From Chrysomallon squamiferum (taxonomy: Eukaryota; Animalia; Mollusca): a stretch of DNA of 64,000 nucleotides. The notes under the pieces were generated by a model. It was not told the DNA's origin. It did no database searches and was given only the letters and a program-made list of their open reading frames with translations. The position numbers and the translations under genes were made by a program. Location of the stretch: assembly GCA_012295275.1 (NCBI GenBank), contig CM022679.1, positions 20,832,001 through 20,896,000 of the forward strand, in the 5' to 3' direction. Positions 43,832 through 62,324 of the stretch are shown one piece after another. The stretch's first letter is position 1, and each line of letters begins with the position of its first letter.

Positions 43832-46800
43832 ATGAAACGAAGTTATAACAGTGAAAAGGTGGATGATGACCCTTGTGTAAAGCGAAAGTACCACAACCAC
43901 CATCAACAACAACATTTATTTCGTTGCAGAAATAATAAAGATTTTGATGTACAATTTCCACATTTTGCAAAACCACAACAGAATGGGTATTTTTCTACAG
44001 ATTCGACAGGCAAATTTCATCACAACAAAAGTCAGTTGCGTTATTATTTTAGGACAGGTAGTAGAGACATCAATTTTGATTTAAAGATTGGTTTCAGAGA
44101 GCTAATTAAGAAAGATAACAGTCAGTGTTATCTCAACGACTTACATCGTTGGATTATGCATAACTCTGAAAAGTTTACATCCGAAAATCCACAATATTCC
44201 ACTGAAAATAAGAGACAGCCAACTAAAAAAATCAAAAGGTAAGCAATGAAGTATACTACAACTTTTATTTTTAAAATTGCATAGTAATTATAATACATAA
44301 TAGGCTCTAATAACAAAGGCATAAACATACTCATACAGATATACACATATCTGCACATTTACATAGTTTGAGGTTACTTAGCAAATTATTAAAAACACAA
44401 AACAAAATAAACTTCAAAGAAACAACTTGAAAATTATTTGAAGGCATGCAGATTTTATTTTTTATTTTATTACTGTTTTTTGTTTAATAATTGTAATAAT
44501 ATTGTTTAATAGTTGGGGGTTATTGTTTAATTTCCAGATTACCTACAGATTTTATTTGCTGGAGGGGCTTACTAACCAAACTGCTGTGCACACCATATGA
44601 AAGAAATGATGACTGGATCATTGCTGTCAGTCTTTTCAAGGGAACTTATTATCTCTGTGAATTTGAAACAGAAAGGAAAAAATTGCAGATGCAGTCAATG
44701 ACAGAGAGAGATGAAGAAATGTGTTATGGAGGTTTTAAGTTTGAACAGTACGTCACTTCAGGTAGGACTGTCCAAACTAAGAGATTTCCTTTAGTGCATT
44801 AAGAGAAAAATTTATCACATTATAAATATTACATTAATTCATTTGAAAATATTGAATAAACAAATGTAAAGTATTGTTACAAATATACAAAAATTTTAGA
44901 TCTTAGTCTCTGAACTAAAGAAAAATTACTTACATTTTAAATACAATGAAGCTTCTTAAAAGCTTCTAAAAAGAGGCTTATAATGATGATAAAGTAGTTT
45001 TATCCTCCACAAGTTTCATTTAGTTGACCTTGTAATGCTTGTTCTTTCTGTTTGGTCTAAGCTGATATTTTAATGGTCATTTAAAGGTCTGTTTTAGTCC
45101 AGTTTGGTATTTGTGTACAGTCTTAGAAATATATTTCCATCAGCTAAATAAAAAAATTAAAAATTACTATTCTGTTTTAATTATATAAATTTATTCTTGT
45201 CTCTCTGTGTACTAAGAGTAATTATATTGAAAAAATTGGCTTGAAAACTGGATCAGATTGTTTTCCAAAAGAAATAGTTCTAGAGCCCCCAAAATTATGC
45301 ATTACAAAGCATTTTAAGTAAAACAATGTTTATTTAAACCTGCATAATAATATGTACATGAATAGAATCACACACAAAACTTTAAACACAATAAACAGAA
45401 GAAATAAAATGAAAATTTAACTGCACTTTTCCTGTACTGAGGAAAGCAGATGATGTAAGTGGAAGACGGTGAGGAAAGTGGAAAAGAGGAATGATGTTAT
45501 TTTTATGTTGTTATTATTTGTAACAGGAGTCACCTTGCATAAACGTATCAGATAACTTTCCTTCTGGGTGTCTTTCTCTTTTACTGTCCATTTGCACCTG
45601 CTGAGACTCACTGGACTTCATTTTCACTAAAAACCTGACTAATGAGGTTTGTTTCTGCTTGCATTTTAAAATGTTTCTGAAGTAAAGAAATGACTTTGTC
45701 ATTGAAAAGGTTTATGCTGCAGTTTGCAGTGTGAAATATTTTCAACAAAACTTTGTAATTTTCCCATTTTCCACACTTTGTTTAGTGAACTAGGAACATC
45801 CTTCCTTCCCTCCTACTCATCTGTAAACATTTCATCAGCCCATGACTGTTTGAAAAAAGATTTTACAGTCAACAACCAAAACATTTCTTTTTTCCTTTTC
45901 AGTCATTATGTTCAAAAAGGGAGTCATTTGAGAACCAAGGTACTACCATATTTTAAATATTTCTTTATTTCTTACAAAATGTATTTTGCAATACTTTTTC
46001 TCTTCTTTTTCTTTTTATAGATGAACCAAATGGCAAACCAAACACAAATCGTCCTGTTAATAATAATGAAGCATTTTGCTTGATTGTCCGGTCCAGGCTG
46101 AACAAGCATTCACTTTGTATGAAGTTTGTATTAGTTTGTTGTATCACTAACAATAATTATAAAACAGTTAATATCTTCATTACAACTGTCATTATCTAAT
46201 CAAGTGAAATCATGACCTCTATGAATTAAACTGTATTGTTGATGATAATGGTTCAATGGTTTGAGCATAGATCTGAGTTCTGCATTAAACAGACATTATA
46301 CATTCACTTGATAAGATATATAATTCATGTTAATTTCTTTTGTGGTTCACTATAATTATGTTAAACTATTCTGCTGATTTCTTCTGTATGGTGGTTTAAG
46401 CAGTAGCCTAAAACTGAAAAAGTTTGAGGATCAGTATTTCCCAGTGCTCCCTTCCATTGTACTGCTTCCTGTTGTTATTTCAGTATTTGGTGGTGAAGTA
46501 GATGCTACTGATGAGAAGACAGGCCAATACATAGAGATGAAAACTACTAGAGAAATTACATCTGAGAAACAGAACAATAATTTTCTAAGGTATTTCAACT
46601 CCTGTTTTAAAACTGATTTTTATAATGCATTTCCAAATTTATTGTAAAACAGTTTTATGAAGTATTTAATCTCTTATTGTTTCACGATTTAAAAACTGTT
46701 GATATATAATTAAATTTGATAAAATCATACAGGTTATTTATTTGATTTTTTTAATTATACATTTCTGAAAATTTGTTGTTTTGTTTTTTTAGTTTGTTTT

Positions 46801-46838
46801 TTAATTTTAATTTTTAATTTTTAATTAATTAATTTATT

Positions 46839-46916
<78 letters not shown>

Positions 46917-49147
46917 TTTACTTACTTTTTTTTTATAGATTTAAATCGATAAAATGGTGGGCACAAAGTTTCCTTATAGGCATTTCAAAGATTGTTTGTG
47001 GTTATCGAACTGATAACGGAGTGGTGCACACAGTTAAAGAAATAGATGTTCATCATATTCCCAAAATGGCTCAGGTTAGAACTTTTAAAAATGATTTTAT
47101 TGTTTTTTAAAGTGAAATTTAGAGTGAACAAGCAGAACAGACATATTTTTTTGTGGGGAAAATTTTCAAATGTTGACATTGACTGGTAGTAAATTAACAT
47201 GCATGACTGTACAATGTCTAATTAACAAATATCATTAATGTATAAACAATAGTAAACAAATAAAAATTATTATCAGTGTTGTTTTAAACAGAATGAGAAA
47301 ATTAATTGAAATTTAGTAAATTTACTGAACCCATCACCACTTGGGTGGATCTAGATGGGGGGTCCAAGGTGTCCCAACCCTCCCTCAAATTTGAGAAGTG
47401 CACCTTTATTTAGGATTTTCAGGATTTTTAACAAATTTATTTATTTTTAAAATTTCTGTCAGTGTATAGAATACCATAGAATACATCTGCCAGGGTTCCT
47501 ATTATGGTCCATGTGAACTGTGTGTAATTTTTCAATAGTGTTTTTTAATAATGTTATTGTACCATTTTTATCATGGTACTTGTGGTAAGAAACCTGTTAG
47601 ATGAAACTGACACTTCTGAACATGAGACATTTCAATGTTTTATCAAAATTTAAAAAGGCTATAAAGTTAAAAAAATTTTTTTTTTTCACTGAGAACAGAT
47701 ACCTGTGCAGTTTCTATGATCATATGAAGTCTGAACTGTATCTGTAGATGTGTCAGAAAAGTTAATGTATGACTTGATATGCTGATTATTGCAGTTTTTT
47801 TCATTCTGTGTCATGGTAGAAATTGTGACCACAGATATCACAATTATGTTAAACTGTTTTGAGGTACATGATCTTGGATTCTTTACCTCCAAATCCATTG
47901 CTTAAACAATCAGAATCAAGTATCTTTCCCATGTCAAGCTAGAATTTAGGAATCCAAAAATTTAAGATAATAGTTTAAATAGTCTGATGATTTTAAAACA
48001 TCTCTGTTAAGCTTTTTTACTTGGAAGTAGTTGCAATATTTTAATTTTTAAACAAAAACAATACAAAATCCATGAATTTATTTATTAAAACTGCAAGAAT
48101 GCATATACTTCAATTCTAACATAAAAATGAACTGATATTTTAGATGTAATGTTCATATCGGTTACTGTGACCATAAGAATATTTGCTTTAATATTTTATA
48201 TCATAATATTTCATCATTTCTGTTGGATACAGATCATTTAATTTTTAATTTATCAACAATTTTTTGTTATTGTGTTTCTTCTCATGATAATATTATAAGC
48301 GTGTTTTTAATTCTTTAAATAAAAGTGTAATGGTTATTGAAATACATACATATTTTCTAATAAATAATAAATATGTGCAGCTTACATAATGATTTTATTT
48401 TCCATAAGTCACATTTACTTTTTTTTGATAATGTATTATTTTTCTTTGCATTTCAGAATAAATATTTCTGTTACAATGTGGAATAATAACTTTTTTTTTT
48501 TTTTTTTAATTTAGAGTAAATATATTGTAACTGTACTTAATGATAATATCTGCAGTTGACACTTAAAAAATTTGTTCAAGGGAAATACATTTGTTGAAAC
48601 TATACTACTTACTGGCTTTATTTTGTAGGCTATTGAAAATCCATGGAAAGCAAACATTTGCTTCAACTTTCTTGACCAGTTTCTTCAGTTCATTAAAGAC
48701 CAAGTGACAGAGGATGATCCGAGGTACAGTTTGGTTTCTTGTTAAATATTTTCTGCAGGCCAGCCAAAGATACATTATCAAAGAAAACTTATTATAAATC
48801 TTTGCTGTCTTTCTTTTTGCATACAGTTAATAATTTAGGGCTTAATTTTTTTTCAAAAACACCTGCAAATCACATTTTCATAAAAGAATTTTACTTCTGT
48901 ATACTGTCAGTTTGATTTTAATACATTTCTTACCTATATGTTCAAAGACTGTGAATACGTTTCTTTAAATAAATCAATAAACCTTTAACAATATATATTT
49001 AGTTGTTTATTTATGTCTTTTATTTTCAGGATTGTTTATCTCTGTAGGTGGTCACCAAGAAATGATGTTAGGTGTACAAAACTGGAACCTAATTCTGAGT
49101 TTGTGTTTTTACCTGAGTGGTATACTCAGTGGGAGGCATGGGAATAA
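43832..49147 (+). CDS. DXO: Decapping and exoribonuclease protein (DXO/Dom3Z/Rai1 family), ~393 aa
   Basis: Exons 43832-44238, 44538-44761, 46021-46116, 46484-46589, 46939-47074, 48629-48723, 49030-49147 (1182 nt). Motifs DFICWRGLLTKLLCTPYE, GFKFEQY, GGEVD, YIEMKT, KWWAQSFL, FLPEWY; N-terminal KR..KRK looks like a bipartite NLS. Confidence 0.95.
45510..45830 (-). pseudogene. Fossil Tigger/pogo transposase C-terminal fragment in DXO intron 2
   Basis: Minus strand with frameshifts: EGRKDVPSSL...LQSFVE...NLFNDKVIS/YFRNILKCKQKQTSLVRFLVK...FMQGDSCYK*, matching the NLFND..FRNILK.RQKQTSLDRFL..EGDSPSKQ tail of Tigger-type transposases as I recall it. Confidence 0.65.
46846..46916. repeat. (TTA)n microsatellite
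   Basis: Directly visible. Confidence 0.9.
47342..47492 (+). mobile_element. Degenerate PIF/Harbinger-like MITE copy
   Basis: gggtggatctag..ggggtcc..ctcaaatttgagaagtgcac; the same core occurs in inverted orientation at 50660-50722. Confidence 0.45.
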
Positions 49148-50440
49148 AGACTTCTCACCCTTGTTTTCATCTGAGAAAAGATCTCACCTTTAATAACAAC
49201 AAGATTTATTTCTCATTTTTCACAACTTCACATTTTAGTATTATTTTTATAGGTGTTTTTTTTCTGTTATTTCTTTGTTATCATGAATTTTTTTTGAAAA
49301 CCCCCCAACAAAAGCAAAAAAAAATTAAAATCATTGCAAGCAGAACATACAGCATGTGTAGTTTTTTCCTTGTTTTTTTTTTTTTTTTGTCATCTAAGTT
49401 ATTTTCCTTCATAATAAAACCTGTTTCATCTTGAAAGTTATATCCATCAAAGAAATGGTCTCTGCATTTTCAGACTTTTCAAAACCTTGATATATATTGT
49501 TTGTGATATTTTCAAAATATATGTATTCATGACAACATATCTATTTCAATTTAGGTTCATACTGTTTCTTCTTTGAAGAACTGAAAAAGAATAGTCATCA
49601 GTGTTTCCTTCCATTGACCACATGCATGGTACTTTTGTGTATCCATAGATTTGAAGAGTTTATAATGTGTTGATTAATATTTTTATCCTTTTTCATTTTC
49701 ATTTTCTTTTCGAATGATCACGTGCATTCAGAATATCCTGCCATTGATTATAGTTAGTAATGACCAGTGTTTCTTCTATCAGAATCTAAGATGAAAACTG
49801 AAAACCCTTTGCCTGGCAGTTACAACTGACAGTACCTTCAAGATTGCAACCTGCACAGTTCACAGTGCAGTCAAGCCTTTTCAGATAACTACATACTGTT
49901 GAGATTTTAACCCATCCAGTTGGTCATAAACAGTAAACAATACATTTAAGACTGTAACCCCAGCTATTTGTTTGATCAATGATCAATGATATTTTAAATA
50001 TTATTCCATTTTAATGCATATAAAAAAAATCAGCCATAAACACTGTTTTTGCATGTATATTGTGTTGGTCATTGTCATTATATTAAAGCCAGACATTGGA
50101 TTGTAAACCAGAATATCAAATGTTCTGCTATATACATTTTTTGTTTTTTTTTAGATTCAAAATTATTGAAAAACTAATTTTGTAAAAGAATATTCTGTAT
50201 TTTTTCACAATTTGTAAAAAAATATATAAATCTTTCTGTCTTAGTATCAGTTGTATTATATTAAATCTTTTTTAAAATACAATTTTTCTAAATAATAATA
50301 ATAAAGAATAAAGAATTATATTAATAAGCATAATAAAAATAAAAAATTTTGTTTTTTCATTATGGTTGTTAAATAACAATACGGTATATCAAAATAAAAA
50401 TGAGATTTTTAAATTAATATATCCAGAACAACAACAACAA

Positions 50441-50473
<33 letters not shown>

Positions 50474-50488
50474 TTAAAAAAATATATA

Positions 50489-50725
50489 ACGGGCAGATAC
50501 AGCTTTTCTGATGAGGGGGTCCATAACATTATGAAAAGGCAGTGTTGAAAAATTACACACGAATCACATAATATAATAGTGCTACAACAGAGACGCTGGC
50601 AGAAGAATATGCTCATATTTTGTGAGAAAAAAAAAAACGCACCCTAAAAATCATGACTAAAAGGGGCACTTCTCAAATTTGAAAGGGGTCCGGACTACAT
50701 GGGCCCTTCTCTAGTATCCACTCCA
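50489..50725 (-). mobile_element. Degenerate PIF/Harbinger-like MITE copy (inverted relative to 47342)
   Basis: Ends gggcagatacag... / ...ctagtatccactcc; shares gcacttctcaaatttga with the reverse complement of 47385-47402. Confidence 0.45.
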
Positions 50726-51856
50726 GGTAATAACTTTTTTTTTTTTTTTTTTTTTTTTTCTCTTTCAAGTAGGAAGTCAACTCCACGCATTTTCACATCT
50801 GTTATTTTACTGTCATACTTTATTACCATCGAAAGTTCGATTTATACAAAGAGACAATCACACGGAAGCATGCAAATTCTGTTTAGACATTCTGATCAAA
50901 CAACTAGATTTTAATGCGATCTTTTTTCTTTTTTCTTTTTTCTTTTTAAAAAAAAAATCATTTTATAATTAAATAATTTAAAAAATAAAAAAGATAACGG
51001 AACTAATAATAAAAATATAGCCCATCTACGACGAGAGTTCAGTTAACAAGGACGAAACTGAGTTAGCAAGCGTCAAGGGAGACGATGAACTGACTTCAAC
51101 CTGTATAACTCTTTATAGAAGAGTTAATGGAGAAAGCAGACAAAACTGGGGAAATAACGGAGAACGTTCCTTGCTAATTTACTTGTGACGAACAGTTAAG
51201 GTGCCCGATAACTAGTAGTTTTAGTAAAAGCCTTTATCCCAGGAAAAATACCAAGATAAAAACAATAATAAATCTATTGTTGGTTTCGCATTAACGACGA
51301 CTGTTAAATCATTAAATTATAAATACTAATGTTACAAGCGTGTGTGTCTCTGTTTATCTTTTTTTTTTTTTTTTTTTTGTCACAAATGCACTTTTTTTTT
51401 TTTTAAATAAAGTTCATTTTACATTTTATTAATACATATAGTTAGCGTTAAAATATATTTTAAAGCTTCAATCATTGTGTGACAGTTCACCAATAAGTAT
51501 TAAGTGACATGGGTGGGTGTGTGTTTCTTTTTTATTTATTTTTCTATTTATTTATTTGAACATTTTAAAACATAAAAACTAAATCAAAATGTTTTCTATT
51601 CAGAACTCTTTTTTCATATTTTATCATAAATTAATTATAATGTTTCATATATAATAACCGTTGATATTAAAATATGATGAGAAAGACTTGAATATCAATT
51701 TATTCCTTAACAAATTCAGGTGTACAAAAACAAAATGATGACTAGAAAGTTCAGTTATTATACAGCAGTGGATTATGTGGGCTAAGATAGACATTTCGTT
51801 ATGTTTTTGTCGGCCCAATCTCCAGTAAATAAAAATAAAAACAAATACATTATCTT

Positions 51857-51875
51857 CATCATCATTATAATCATT

Positions 51876-51963
<88 letters not shown>

Positions 51964-51964
51964 T
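51857..51964. repeat. (CAT)n/(TAT)n compound microsatellite
   Basis: Directly visible; explains the poly-I/poly-M ORFs. Confidence 0.9.
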
Positions 51965-52939
51965 CCGAATATATGTAAAGTATTTACTAATCTTACACAA
52001 ATACTAAAATTTATCTTGAAAATACTAGCAGGAATTAAATCGACGAAAAACAGAAACAATTCCGTAACTTAATCTGCTTGAAATTGTAACTAAATACCAT
52101 AGATATAAAATGATTTAATGAGACACATATATATAAAATAAAATTAAAAAAAAAAAAAAAAATGTTAAGCTTTTTCTATTACAATTTTATTTCTTTTTTC
52201 TTTTATTATTATTATTATTTTTTTTAAATATAAATAAATAAATTAATAAATAAATAAAAGTATAAAAACAAATTTAAAAAAGAAAAAAATAAACGAGATA
52301 AAATTTAACATTTTTATAATTTAAAAAAAACAAACAAAAAACAACGTGTTTTTTTTTTTTTTTTTTTTGTGCAACCGTCTTGTCGAGAAAGATGTAAAGA
52401 AAACCTATGGTCTAACAAGTACAGTCATTTGAAGAAACATTCCATGTTTTCAAAATGCCTCAACCTAATTAGCATCTTTAAAAGAGGGAAAGGAACACAT
52501 TCTTATACCTCGCGAAGGAAACGGATAACGCAGCAACGCGGGGGAGCTTATTTTGAAGCAATCGTTCAAACGTTAATTTTTTTTCTTCCCGTATTTTGTT
52601 TTGTTTATTTTAGTGCGTCTTATCACATAACATCGCGGCTGGTGTTTGCTGGGCTGACTGATAATATCACGATACAGACAAATCGATCTGATGTTGGCTG
52701 ATAATAAAACGGACGAGTATAATGTTCCAAAACTCATAAGTTCTGGTAACACTAGACAATTAAACTAAATACCATTCCACCTACTGATATTACAGAAAAG
52801 TTTGGCTGATAATAGATTTTCTGAAATACTGTCTTTCTAATATTGAAAAAAGAAAATGTATATATTTGCAATGGGGAAAAAAAAAAAAAAAAGTAAAAAA
52901 ATAAATAAATTTAACGAATGAATGTGGAAAGGATTAAGT

Positions 52940-52988
<49 letters not shown>

Positions 52989-53906
52989 GCACGCACACAC
53001 ACAAACACACACTTTATTCTATAAACATACATACATATTAAAAAAAACCCCATAAACTGTTTACTATATGGATATAATAATAAATTATTATTTCAACGAA
53101 CGAAAAAGAATAGACTTAAAAAAACAACAACATATCTTTCTATTAGAACAGAAAAATGGAAATGAAAAATATGAAAGATATAAAAAGAAATTATATAGAT
53201 TACTGAAGTCATATTTATTCGTTTTCAAGTCTGATTGACTATTTTGCAAAATAAATTATCTTTATAATTTCAATTGTGATATATTGCTTTACCCGGGAAT
53301 CCTAGAGTTAGACTCATTTTTTTTTTTTTTTAATACACATGAATATGAGTGTCTGTCTATATGTGTATAATAATATATGTTTGCATTTACACTGATACAA
53401 AAATGGAAGACTTCTGGAACTGTTTTGATCGAAAATGTTCACCCCAAAAATCGACTAAAACCAGCTTTAGCAGTGACAACAGTAAGAACAGCCAAAGAAG
53501 AAGAAGAAGGATTTAATTATAATAAAAACAACAACAATTACAGTAGCAGCAGTAATAAAACAAAAACGTAATAATTATCATAACAACAGCAGCGATAGCA
53601 ACATTGCTAACAACAATAACATAATAATAATGATAACATCCTATATTTTGACAGACAGGTGTGGGGAAAATTTTTCACAGGATAAGACAGATTTCAGCTT
53701 AAAACAACAAACACTGACCATCACTTTCCCAGCCGTCTGCGTTCTACACTCTCTTTGTTTTCCATTCAGCAGAGAAAAAAAAAAAAAAAGCATTTAAAGG
53801 GGCGAACTCTGTATTTTAGAAAAGAGAGTGCACCGTTATTGTTGATAAAAAGACTTAAATGACTGCTTAATGTTTTCTATTTTTGTTTTGTTTTTAATTA
53901 ATTAAT

Positions 53907-53937
<31 letters not shown>

Positions 53938-55527
53938 TTAATTTATTTATTTATTATTAATTTTAGTATAAGTATTAGTATTATTTGTTATCTAATATGT
54001 TTTTTACTTGCGCTAATAAATTACGTATAAAACAATAATTATTGACAAAATAAAATATCGTTTCAAATATCTAATCATATACCATACACTTTGTCTTGCT
54101 ACAAAATACGCGATTCCAAGAAATAATATAAATAATATTATATCCTGCATACTTCCCTGTTACGATTTATTTTTAGTAGTATTGATCGTAACGTCTGTGC
54201 TGAATAAAATAGCAATAATAGTGGTAGTAATGATTACGATAATAAATAATGCAGTTTAAAAATCCAACAAAAATAACTAAAGGAATATCCAAAATTACAA
54301 GTCTGTACGTTTGCACCAACAGTTCTAAATCTTCATTTCAGCCAGATGTAGTTAAAAAGCAATTTAAACCAGCGAATATCCGTTTGTCATTACCTCAACC
54401 GTGAACGTCTGCTTTCGGAACAACGTACGCTGTTAAAACTTCTGCTGGTGTGTTTTCATGGCGAGTCCGTTAATCTATTTAGCAGAACCTCTGTTGATCA
54501 CTTTAGCTTCTGTTTTGTATTTCACTGAAGTTAATTTATACATATATAAAAAAAAAAAAAAAAAAAAAAACGCCAACCAAACAAACAAACAAAAAACCGC
54601 ACTCAGCCCCGCCTTATCAATAGCACACAGTAACGCCCTCTATCAGTTCACAAATCGCCAAACCCAGTGTGCGTAGAAAACCAAGTAGATAATATCATTA
54701 ATTAAACATACAGTGGCTGTTTCATTTAAAACATCGAGAAGAACGTAAGTTTTAGTTCCGATGAATAACGAATTTTTATACTGAAAACTTCGGCTGTTAA
54801 AAAGTTTCGGAAAGTCGGAAGAGAACAGAGGGGGAAACCTTCATCGTCTGCTAGTTTTCATAACAACTTTATCAGGATTGCTTTTTTTTTTTTTTTTTTT
54901 TCTTAATGAGGAATCTTGTTTGATGTTTATGCTGGACAGACAAGCTGGAACCTAATATGATGTCTAAATGACAAGGGTTAAAAATGATAGTAAACAGATA
55001 AAGTAAAATATTTTTAAAAAAGAAAGAAAGAAAAAAAGTTAGAAAAAGAAAAACAAAGAAAATGTTAAAATTTGTCTGTGATATGTCGTCAATAACGAAG
55101 ATGTTTAACTAAAAACCCTGCCAGTGTGCGTGAATAAGTTCTTTCTACTTTTCTGTTTATGCCTGGACCGGTTGAAACTTAAACATATTTATCAACGTTC
55201 GATTTTATCGATCAACTTAACTATGTGTAAATTCACCTGAAGACGGAGAGCTTTGTGGTTACTGTGGCTGTTACAAGGTGTATCTGTTTCCACTTGATGT
55301 CGATTGTCACAGACGTCAAACAGTTGTGTGGAAGACGTTGTTCAGGGGACGCATGGATGTATTCAAGCTGCCACAAAAAAAGAAAGAAATAGCGCATCGC
55401 AGATACTGACAAACTTCGCCGGGTTTGGATGTTCTTGTAACCAGGTTTGTTTTTTATAAAACTACCTTTATAGTTTAGATACACTTCTGTTTTAATTATA
55501 TTCTCTTTAGGGAACGTCTCCACATAA

Positions 55528-55568
<41 letters not shown>

Positions 55569-55771
55569 GACACCCAAACATACACAGTCACACATTTATA
55601 TAATTTCACTTTTTCATTCTTTCATAATTCATTATTACACTAAATCCTGCGTTAGAAATTACTCATACATTCATTATTTATTCGTTGTTAGTTTGTGAAC
55701 TTACTTTAGAAATTCATTCATTCGTTCATTTATTCATTCTTCCATTCATCCATAGTTACGTAATTTTAAAC

Positions 55772-55840
55772 GGGTGGCCTGCGGCTAAGTGGTTAATAGG
55801 ATCTGCTTGGTCGATGGTTCTATACTCCTAACCGCAGGTA
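55772..55840 (+). mobile_element. Degenerate tRNA-derived SINE head
   Basis: A-box-like GCGGCTAAGTGG and B-box-like GGTTCTATACTCC; no full cloverleaf. Confidence 0.4.
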
Positions 55841-57442
55841 AAATATTATTTGTGTTGTTGTTGTTAATGGGTGGGACGATAGAATTTTGCTTATCGCGAG
55901 TTTCCGCTCTCACTACCAGTGTGTTTCTCAACAATATACACGGCGCTACATATTCAAAACTGAATTGATTACATCGATAAATATTTCTCTTTCAAGATAT
56001 TTCGTTCATCAATAATTCATCCATTTAATCATTCTTTTGTTCTTTAACAGGTACTCCCCTTCGTTCGTTGTTTGGTAAAGTCATTCAGTGATTTGTTATA
56101 ACGATTTAGAAAACTGACTGCTGTGCACGTCTCTTATCGTATCTTATCTTACCTCGCTCCTGTTTGCGCTGCAATCGAGTCCCCGTGCAGACCTGATTGA
56201 TTTGCAAATACAGCAAGTTTGATTAACTGAAAGTAGATCGATGATATTTGTGTGTTCCTTAACGCTCGATCTGCTGTGACGATAAGCCCATATCTTAATG
56301 ACTTCCATATTTACCGCATGTAATATTTTCTGTGCATCCATCGATTACATAGAGAAAACCGGTAATGCCTTTTCAGTGTTTTAATGCCGCCTGATGGCAG
56401 AGCTGTTAGTGGATAAAATGGCGGGCTTTAGCAGAAGTGTAACGATATTTAACACTGGTAGGGTAGATGTGCGGTTCTTTCTCTTTTTTTCTTTAAAATC
56501 AAAAAAAAAATTAATGAATGAATAAATAATAAAAAAATGTATAATAAATAAATAAATAAATAACGATATGGCATTTTTAACGAATAGGTTTGTTAGAAAT
56601 TGTTGAATACTAAATCCACGAAAACCTTAAATATAGAATTTTATTTTAAAAATGGAAGTTGGTTTAATCCCTGAACAAAAGTATAATAATAATAATTTAA
56701 ACAAAAATAGCAAAAACAAAAAACATTACTTTATCTCCTGGATTTTTTTTTTTTTTATATATAAATTTTTTTTAATAATAATAAATAAGTAAACAAACAC
56801 ACAAACAAATAAATACTGTACTTACAAACCCATACACAATTATGCAAACAAGCTTGTTTTAATTTCATTATAATTTCTTCAGTAAGGATTTCTTTTTCTC
56901 CGTTCACAAAATCTTAGTGGTTCATTTGACTGAAAGTAATTTATGAAAATTACATTTGATTTTTTTATTAACAGACTAAGGTAATTTAAAAAAATAATAA
57001 TAAAATAAAATTATATTTGAAATGGAACACTCCAGAGAGAACGACATATACAAAGAAAATCAACACGTGTGAACCGACATGCCTTGTAAGAATTTAAATA
57101 GCAACCAGTGGGAATAATAAAAAAATCTACCATGTCTTTATTAGTTCATACAGTAACATTCTGTTCTCTAGCAAGTACGGTTCTGAGTGAGAGGCATTGT
57201 GATTATATTGCACATTTCGTTTTTCAGAGTCTCATAATAAGGAGGTAATAGAATTGAAAAAAAACCAAAAAAAAAAAAGAGAGAGTGAGAGTGAGAAAGA
57301 AATCTCAAATCCACATTATCTGCGAAACAGCCTACGTATTTCGCGGAAAACTTTGCGTCGTAGAGAAACGATGGAAACCAGAGTGTTGAACGTACGACGA
57401 CTACCAAAAGGTAATAATGGGTGCGTGAACGTCTGAAAAAGA

Positions 57443-62324
<4,882 letters not shown>

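Noticed and set aside
47880-47990. Possible LINE RT remnant on the minus strand (KFLG..LNSSLTW)
   Set aside because: Match too short and frameshifted to call without a search.
51020-51190. Open frame PIYDESSVNKDETEL...LLIYL* after an AG
   Set aside because: No recognisable homology or partner exons; cannot support a gene.
55772-55840. tRNA gene
   Set aside because: Only degenerate A/B boxes, with no acceptor or anticodon stems; treated as a SINE head.
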